DNA of 37,878 nt, taken from the IMG/VR virus record IMGVR_UViG_3300020045_005114, positions 1 to 37,878 of that record; one strand, written 5' to 3'. The notes under the pieces were generated by a model. It saw only the letters and a program-made list of their open reading frames with translations. It ran no database searches and was not told where the DNA came from. The stretch comes from a virus. Taxonomy: Duplodnaviria; Caudoviricetes. Shown one piece after another: positions 33,053 to 37,878 of the stretch (its first letter is position 1; the number at the start of each line of letters is the position of its first letter). The translations under genes were made by a program, and so were the position numbers.

Positions 33053-33289
33053 TTATTTATTATTTCTTCTTTCTTCTCTTAATTGATATTCTCTTTCTGC
33101 TAATTGTTTTTTACCTATTTTAACAGCTCCATAAAATATTGAATATTGTTCATCTTTCATATTTTCTGACCAATCACTTTTTTCCTCGTCTACTCTTTTA
33201 GATGATAAATAAGAACTTCTTATATCTTCTGGAATTGACATATAATGTTCTTCGCTCATTCTCAAAAATACTTCTCTGTTACTTTGCAT
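33053..33289 (-). CDS. hypothetical protein (allele of 415-651)
   Basis: Near-identical protein. Confidence 0.8.
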   Translation of the reverse strand: MQSNREVFLRMSEEHYMSIPEDIRSSYLSSKRVDEEKSDWSENMKDEQYSIFYGAVKIGKKQLAEREYQLREERRNNK

Positions 33290-33295
33290 AATTAT

Positions 33296-33838
33296 TTATT
33301 TTTTAAGTTCATTATTAAATTTACCAAATTGGTAACGTATTTTTCCATTATTATCTTTACAGCCTAAATATGTTAGTTTTCCATCTGTGAACTGTGAAAA
33401 CCATACCCAATCTTTTAGTTTAAAATTCCAAGTCGGTTTATTTGTGGTTTTATCAAATTCGTCCGATGTTAATTGAACTTGAATAAGTGGATAATCGTAC
33501 AATTCTCTACCAATTCCGAGATTAAAACAAGCTCTTTTAAACGCATCAGATGCTTCACCTTTTTCCTTTTCGGTGTTGCTTTCAGTTCCTACATCTTGTT
33601 TCCAAATCCATTGGCTAAGTTTGTCGCTCCAAATACCGACAGAACAAAACAAATGATTATCTATTAGTTCGTATTTCTTTTGCCAACCCTCAACGTTATA
33701 AACATCGTCAAGGCGCTTCATGTCAACTCTAGCGTCTTTATACGCTAAGATTGTAGCATAACCTCCTTTATTAACTGATTGTACTCTAAAGTCTATTTCA
33801 TTAATTTCTAAAGGTGTATTTATTTTTAACTGACTCAT
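33296..33838 (-). CDS. Rad52/Sak-like SSAP (allele of 658-1200)
   Basis: 175 of 180 aa identical. Confidence 0.8.
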   Translation of the reverse strand: MSQLKINTPLEINEIDFRVQSVNKGGYATILAYKDARVDMKRLDDVYNVEGWQKKYELIDNHLFCSVGIWSDKLSQWIWKQDVGTESNTEKEKGEASDAFKRACFNLGIGRELYDYPLIQVQLTSDEFDKTTNKPTWNFKLKDWVWFSQFTDGKLTYLGCKDNNGKIRYQFGKFNNELKK

Positions 33839-33925
33839 AACTCTATTTCTTTTAATTTATTTAATAATAATGTGTTTTCGCCTTGCTCGGCTAATAAAAT
33901 GCAATAAGCTAATAATTCTTTATTT

Positions 33926-34150
33926 TTATCCTCTTTGCTCATCATTTAATATTTTATAGATTTCTTCTTCGTAATTGTTTAGTAATTCTTGAATGTCGAT
34001 TGGATTATCTTCTAATGTTATCTTATGTACTTCAACATCAGGAAATTCCTCTGGTTCGTGTTGTGTTGCTGGGTAGTATTTACCGCTAACTGTATAATAA
34101 GCGGTTAAACTTACTCCGTTTAATTCAAATGTGTGTGTGTTTAGTTTCAT
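33926..34150 (-). CDS. hypothetical protein (allele of 1566-1790)
   Basis: Homologous. Confidence 0.8.
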   Translation of the reverse strand: MKLNTHTFELNGVSLTAYYTVSGKYYPATQHEPEEFPDVEVHKITLEDNPIDIQELLNNYEEEIYKILNDEQRG

Positions 34151-34155
34151 AATTC

Positions 34156-34404
34156 TTAATTATTTAATAATTCAATAAATTCTTGTTCAGTTATTTCTGT
34201 TAAATTTTCATCAATCCACCAAATATTAAAACTATTATAAAAATCTGAAAATCTAAATGTATTTTTATAAAAACTATTTTTTACAAATTTATAATCGTCT
34301 TTATGCGTTCCTAATTTTAACTTATTATCAATACATAATTGTTTCATTCTATCACATTGTTCCTGTGATTCCATTACTACATAAGTGTTGTATATTGTTT
34401 TCAT
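34156..34404 (-). CDS. hypothetical protein, allele B only
   Basis: Coupled ORF. Confidence 0.7.
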   Translation of the reverse strand: MKTIYNTYVVMESQEQCDRMKQLCIDNKLKLGTHKDDYKFVKNSFYKNTFRFSDFYNSFNIWWIDENLTEITEQEFIELLNN

Positions 34405-34619
34405 AATTCACGTTGTTTTATCATTGCATCGGCAGTGTCATATGACAATTCAGTTACACAAAATTCAGCAAATCCTTTTGCTAAATTTCCTCTATCTATT
34501 TGATGTTTTAAAATTACTTGCATAGCTTTGGCAGCAAAATAATCTCTTAAGGTCATTCCTGAGTAGTCTTCACTTATAGTATCACAAGGGAATGCGTATT
34601 TTGTTTCTTTATCTTTCAT
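34401..34619 (-). CDS. small phage protein, GMTLRDYFAAKAMQ family
   Basis: AFP...GMTLRDYFAAKAMQ...SY..ADAM..R. Confidence 0.8.
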   Translation of the reverse strand: MKDKETKYAFPCDTISEDYSGMTLRDYFAAKAMQVILKHQIDRGNLAKGFAEFCVTELSYDTADAMIKQREL

Positions 34620-34623
34620 AATA

Positions 34624-34731
34624 TTAATTATTAGCTACTTTATGAAATGCACGTACCATACGGTCATTATCATTTAAGTAAATGTTATTAATTCTTTTCA
34701 TCCATTGGTAAAATTTTTCTGTGTTGCTCAT
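34624..34731 (-). CDS. 35-aa protein (allele of 1796-1903)
   Basis: Read manually. Confidence 0.7.
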   Translation of the reverse strand: MSNTEKFYQWMKRINNIYLNDNDRMVRAFHKVANN

Positions 34732-34756
34732 AATTTCTTTGTTTTAAATTGTTTGA

Positions 34757-34859
34757 CAAATATACAACTAAATTTGAATAATACAACATTTTGTTGATAT
34801 TTATAATAATTCTAAATTAGCTTAGTTTGTTAATTATATACTTATATGTTGTATATTTG
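34757..34859. promoter_or_regulatory. Divergent promoters with Fur-box-like palindrome (allele B)
   Basis: Near-identical to 1929-2031; palindrome at 34799-34817. Confidence 0.75.
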
Positions 34860-34910
34860 TAAAAGAAATAAGGAAGTGATATTCACGGCAATTTCTAAAC
34901 TCTTTTGATT

Positions 34911-35075
34911 ATGGGATTACATTATGTTATTTTCGACGGATCTTCTGCTTATGTTACTGATGAGCAAGATATGTTAAGTATCACTGCTAAAGACAAAGAT
35001 ACCGAAGTGGTATTCAAGTCTATGAATTTAGACAAAGCGTCTGACTTCGCAGATGATTATAATGAGAGCCTTTAA
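34911..35075 (+). CDS. 54-aa acidic protein (MGLHYVIFDGSS...), not in ORF track
   Basis: Read manually; first ORF after the rightward promoter. Confidence 0.6.
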   Translation: MGLHYVIFDGSSAYVTDEQDMLSITAKDKDTEVVFKSMNLDKASDFADDYNESL

Positions 35076-35100
35076 TTATGCTCTTTAAAAAAAATATATT

Positions 35101-35319
35101 ATGAAAAGAGATTTAGATTATTACCAAAAATGGTATAACAAATGGATTCGTGTTTTTAGATATTTATGTGATAAATGCGAACAAACACACAGGGTTAAAT
35201 ATCTAATCCAAGAAGTTAGAAAGCATTGGCAACTTATTGAATGGAGATTGCTCTGCGTGAAATGGTTTGACTTAAAAGCAGAAGAAAGTAGTATGTTTCC
35301 AAAAGTATTGAGATATTAA
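35101..35319 (+). CDS. hypothetical protein
   Basis: ORF track; operon orientation. Confidence 0.65.
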   Translation: MKRDLDYYQKWYNKWIRVFRYLCDKCEQTHRVKYLIQEVRKHWQLIEWRLLCVKWFDLKAEESSMFPKVLRY

Positions 35320-35527
35320 TAAAAAATTATTTCACATTGAATTTAAAAATACACTCGAAAACGAAAAGCATTTTTACTATGGAGATTTGACAATATTGTG
35401 CAATACTCATGAAATTGTAATTTCAAAATTTACACTTGATAGATGGAATTTTGAAACGCATTTCGAGAATGAAATTTGCATTATTCGGAAATCTGAATTA
35501 GTTATTAGTAAACGTTCTCTAAAATGA
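35315..35527 (+). pseudogene. open frame lacking ATG (..KKLFHIEFKN..HFYYGDL..IIRKSEL..)
   Basis: 70 sense codons, only ATT/TTG as possible starts; ends just before the TAAC of C3. Confidence 0.45.
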
Positions 35528-35531
35528 GTGA

Positions 35532-35920
35532 TAACGCTTGCCACTTTGCTTAGTGACGGAAAATTCAAGACTGATAACAACCAAAACAAACTAATTTTTA
35601 AATTAAAAACAAGATGGACAAAGAAACAAAAGTACCGACATTGAGCAAAACGGCTGTTAGCGGTAGTATTAATGAACTGCTTTCCAAGTTTGATAACGGA
35701 TTAGAACTGTATCGTAATAATGCGGTTTTTGCTAATTGTATCGAGCATTTAGTAAGAGGTGGAGACATTTATAAAATACTTGAACAAATAATTGTAATGC
35801 AATACAATACCCAAGAAAAACTTACTGAACTAATTACGAGCGGAGTTTTAAGACAGGAAATTATAGTTTCAAAAGAAAAATATGATGAATTAACGAGTCG
35901 TCTGTAATATTACCGCTAAC
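35532..35920 (+). mobile_element. Integron-like cassette C3
   Basis: TAAC-gctt-GCCACTTTGCTTAGTGACGG...CCGACATTGAGCAAAACGGC-t-GTTA; GTTAGCGGTAGTATTA (35656) is inverted at TAATATTACCGCTAAC (35905-35920). Confidence 0.8.
35614..35907 (+). CDS. hypothetical protein (cargo of C3; starts inside the hairpin)
   Basis: ATG at 35614 lies between the hairpin arms; AVSGS is encoded across GTTA. Confidence 0.75.
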   Translation: MDKETKVPTLSKTAVSGSINELLSKFDNGLELYRNNAVFANCIEHLVRGGDIYKILEQIIVMQYNTQEKLTELITSGVLRQEIIVSKEKYDELTSRL

Positions 35921-35950
35921 TATCTGCTAACCGCTATAAATGTATTACAA
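35917..35950 (+). other. attI-like cassette landing site, copy 3
   Basis: TAACTATCTGCTAACCGCTATAAATGTATTACAA. Confidence 0.7.
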
Positions 35951-35952
35951 TT

Positions 35953-36066
35953 ATGAAAAAAGTAATTAACACGCTCGAAAAGAGTATCGAACTCGCAAAA
36001 GAATTGAATGTCAATAGTTATACTATTGTGAAAGATGGATTTGTAATAAATGTTAAAATAAAGTAG
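35953..36066 (+). CDS. 37-aa protein (allele of 2553-2666)
   Basis: Read manually. Confidence 0.65.
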   Translation: MKKVINTLEKSIELAKELNVNSYTIVKDGFVINVKIK

Positions 36067-36067
36067 A

Positions 36068-36280
36068 ATGAAAACAAATGAAAAAAATCCAGATTGTTTA
36101 GGTGCTGTTAGCAGTAGTGTTTCTTTTCCGAAACAAAAAAGAGTGATGTTCAAATTTGATGATGATGAACCTATACACTTGAACTCAATTTTTGAAGGTG
36201 GAGAATTTATTATCAAGTTGAAAGAAGGTAAAATCAAATTTGAAAAAGAGGGCAAGTCGTTTGAGTTGTATGTCGAATAA
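36068..36280 (+). CDS. hypothetical protein (cargo of truncated cassette C4)
   Basis: AVSSS encoded across GTTAGCAGTAGT (36107); matching end at 36775-36789. Confidence 0.7.
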   Translation: MKTNEKNPDCLGAVSSSVSFPKQKRVMFKFDDDEPIHLNSIFEGGEFIIKLKEGKIKFEKEGKSFELYVE

Positions 36281-36777
36281 CGTTCCCTCGCTACAAGCGG
36301 TTTGGGAAAATTACAAAAACATCACCTAATAATTACAAATAACAACAAAAATGGACAAATCTATAAATTCAAAACAAATACCCAAATCTCTTGTAGCGAG
36401 TGTTAGTGTTTCGGTTTTTTTGGTCGGAAAAGCACAAACAGACTTTTGGAAATGGTACTTATCGAAAGACACATTAGATTCTCATAAATTAACAGGACAA
36501 CATAAGTTTTCAAACGATAATGTTATAAAAGTTGGGTTTTTAGCGGAATCATTAGTATGTCAAAATGCAATTATAATAGAATGGTTTGATAGCGTAAATA
36601 TTTATATTACTTCAAAGCCTTTAGAATACACAACTGGATTTGTAGCATGGCAGTATTCTATACGTAATTATCAAAACACTCCTTATCGATTCTCTGACAG
36701 AAAAGGTGCTTATACCGAAGCAATTATAAAAGCGAACGAGATTTATAACGAGAAGTTCTTTTAAACTGAACACTAAC
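36278..36777 (+). mobile_element. Integron-like cassette C5 (nested)
   Basis: TAAC-gttcc-CTCGCTACAAGCGGTTTGGG...CCCAAATCTCTTGTAGCGAG-t-GTTA; GTTAGTGTTTCGGTTT (36402) versus AAACTGAACACTAAC (36763-36777). Confidence 0.8.
36351..36764 (+). CDS. hypothetical protein (cargo of C5; starts inside the hairpin)
   Basis: L.GKA..DF.KW, I.EWFDSV.IYI, AI.KANEIYN; ATG between the hairpin arms. Confidence 0.8.
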   Translation: MDKSINSKQIPKSLVASVSVSVFLVGKAQTDFWKWYLSKDTLDSHKLTGQHKFSNDNVIKVGFLAESLVCQNAIIIEWFDSVNIYITSKPLEYTTGFVAWQYSIRNYQNTPYRFSDRKGAYTEAIIKANEIYNEKFF

Positions 36778-36851
36778 ATTGCTGCTAACGGTTAGTGGCT
36801 TTGTCGTTGCGACTTATGAAAACTAATATTAATTTTTAAAACTAAACGAAA

Positions 36852-36959
36852 ATGAAAAACGATATAAATTTAAATAAAAAACGATGTTTAGAGTGCAAAG
36901 CAGTTCTTAAAAACAATGGGTTGAAATATAGTATTTGCAAAGATTGTATATGTCCTTAG
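36852..36959 (+). CDS. 35-aa zinc-ribbon-like peptide (CLEC...CKDC)
   Basis: Read manually; lies in a possible degenerate cassette after the TAAC at 36786. Confidence 0.45.
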   Translation: MKNDINLNKKRCLECKAVLKNNGLKYSICKDCICP

Positions 36960-36993
36960 TTATTTTAGCCACTCACATAAAGCTATAGTATAA

Positions 36994-37389
36994 TTACACC
37001 CTAACATTAGGCAAATAAAACCATAAAAACACAAATAAACATAATATAAAAAACAGGCTTGTATAGTCTGTTTTTTTAATTTCCTTAGTCTTTGTTATTT
37101 CAATAGTTTTAGTGATTGTTTGCCTATTGTAAATCGTTTTTGCAACTATATTATGCTTAGTTTTATCTTTTGTAATTATAACATTTTTATATTCCTTACC
37201 GTTAAGAAACATTGACTTATTATTATCAAATGGTTTTATAGTAAAGATATCATTTAAGATAGTTTCTTGCTTTAAAATAACATCGTTATTAGTCGTGATA
37301 GTTCCTGATTCAAACGTGCTTTTATTTAGCTTAACATCACGAGTAGTTGAGCATGAAATGAATAATAGTAAAATTATTAAGTATTTCAT
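36994..37389 (-). CDS. putative unimolecular spanin (allele of 2874-3269)
   Basis: Near-identical protein. Confidence 0.7.
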   Translation of the reverse strand: MKYLIILLLFISCSTTRDVKLNKSTFESGTITTNNDVILKQETILNDIFTIKPFDNNKSMFLNGKEYKNVIITKDKTKHNIVAKTIYNRQTITKTIEITKTKEIKKTDYTSLFFILCLFVFLWFYLPNVRV

Positions 37390-37826
37390 AAAAAGTACCT
37401 TTTAATTTCTTTATTTCGTCTGGATAACAATAGATTGTTTTTCCCTTTCCACATTAAAAAAGCATTTGTAATACTTGTTTTATCGTTTGTATTTAATTTT
37501 ACAACTCGTAATAAAGTACTTTTTTTAAATGCACCTTGACCTACGTTATAGCAAAAACAGAACAAAGCATCAAATTGATTTTGATTAATATTTAACGGTA
37601 AATTTTCGTTTAATGTCTTTTCAAATTTAGTAGCTATTAAGAAAAACAAATGATATGCTTGCTCTTTTGTAATGGCTTTATCTTTCATAGTTACCTTTAT
37701 GCCATCTTCATAAAAAGTATTGCCTAATCCGATTGTAGGAATACCAGCAGGACATAGATAAGGCTTTAATCTTAAACCCTCTAATTCTGCTAATAATTCA
37801 ATCCCTGATTTAGATATTTTTTTCAT
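37386..37826 (-). CDS. endolysin, lysozyme GH24 family
   Basis: EG.RL.PY.CPAG.PTIG.G, NQNQFDAL..F.YNVG, STLLR, RR..E. Confidence 0.92.
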   Translation of the reverse strand: MKKISKSGIELLAELEGLRLKPYLCPAGIPTIGLGNTFYEDGIKVTMKDKAITKEQAYHLFFLIATKFEKTLNENLPLNINQNQFDALFCFCYNVGQGAFKKSTLLRVVKLNTNDKTSITNAFLMWKGKNNLLLSRRNKEIKRYFL

Positions 37827-37878
37827 TTGTCTTATCTTCTATAAATTCATGATGCCATTTTTTGTAAAAATTCGCATT

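Larger units (their letters stand above)
36107..36789 (+). mobile_element. Truncated cassette C4 (left hairpin arm missing), interrupted by C5
   Basis: GTTAGCAGTAGTGTT versus AACATTGCTGCTAAC. Confidence 0.6.
32598..37878. repeat. Diverged second copy (allele B) of region 1-3797
   Basis: 1-43 is identical to 32598-32640 and 3754-3797 is identical to 37835-37878. Shared genes are near-identical (SSAP differs at 5 of 180 aa), with gene swaps and indels between them. Confidence 0.95.

Noticed and set aside
835-33667. Plus-strand ORFs antisense to real genes (835, 3022, 4483, 10271, 11653, 13727, 14018, 14940, 16668, 16810, 21231, 21600, 23694, 24818, 27871, 28947, 32688, 33473)
   Set aside because: They overlap well-supported minus-strand genes and have shadow-like composition.
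32611-36255. Minus-strand ORFs 32611-32823, 35407-35589 and 35920-36255
   Set aside because: Alternative-frame or antisense overlaps of better-supported genes and cassette sites.
1-37878. Integrase, transposase or reverse transcriptase driving the cassettes
   Set aside because: No ORF shows tyrosine/serine recombinase, DDE, HUH or RT motifs by eye; an HMM search would confirm.
32598-37878. Ordinary direct terminal repeat, or a DGR template/variable pair
   Set aside because: The copies differ by whole genes and many synonymous, non-adenine-specific changes, and there is no RT.
1-37878. Stop-codon reassignment
   Set aside because: Core genes are full length in the standard code and coding density is high.

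Overview
The window is a complete or near-complete, AT-rich Bacteroidota (Flavobacterium-like) siphophage genome of about 32.6 kb (unit 1-32597). Most genes are on the minus strand: recombination (Rad52/Sak-like SSAP, DUF3127 SSB), many small early genes, replication (initiator with iterons, AAA ATPase, RusA), an ECF-like sigma factor, terminase, tail, head and lysis genes. I see no integrase, CRISPR or host genes. Positions 32598-37878 are a second, diverged allele of region 1-3797 (assembly bubble of two strains, or a tandem), which gives a natural comparison. The main discovery is an integron-like gene-cassette system with no integrase in the window. At least four cassettes share one architecture on the gene-sense strand: TAAC, an imperfect hairpin, GTTA plus about 15 bp, ORF(s), then the inverted copy of those 15 bp ending in TAAC. 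Three abut a conserved attI-like site (TAAC|TATCYGMTAACCGCTATAAATKTATTACAA) found at two unrelated loci, the two alleles carry different cassettes at that site, one cassette is nested inside another, and two ORFs start inside the hairpin. Other signals: Fur-box-like palindromes phased with early promoters, a TAAC-N17-GTTT late promoter, two tRNA-like RNAs with aberrant anticodon arms, a kissing-loop leader before the initiator, a -1 frameshift in the tail chaperone and a precise GH19/GH24 endolysin swap. All protein calls are from motif recognition by eye; no database searches were run.
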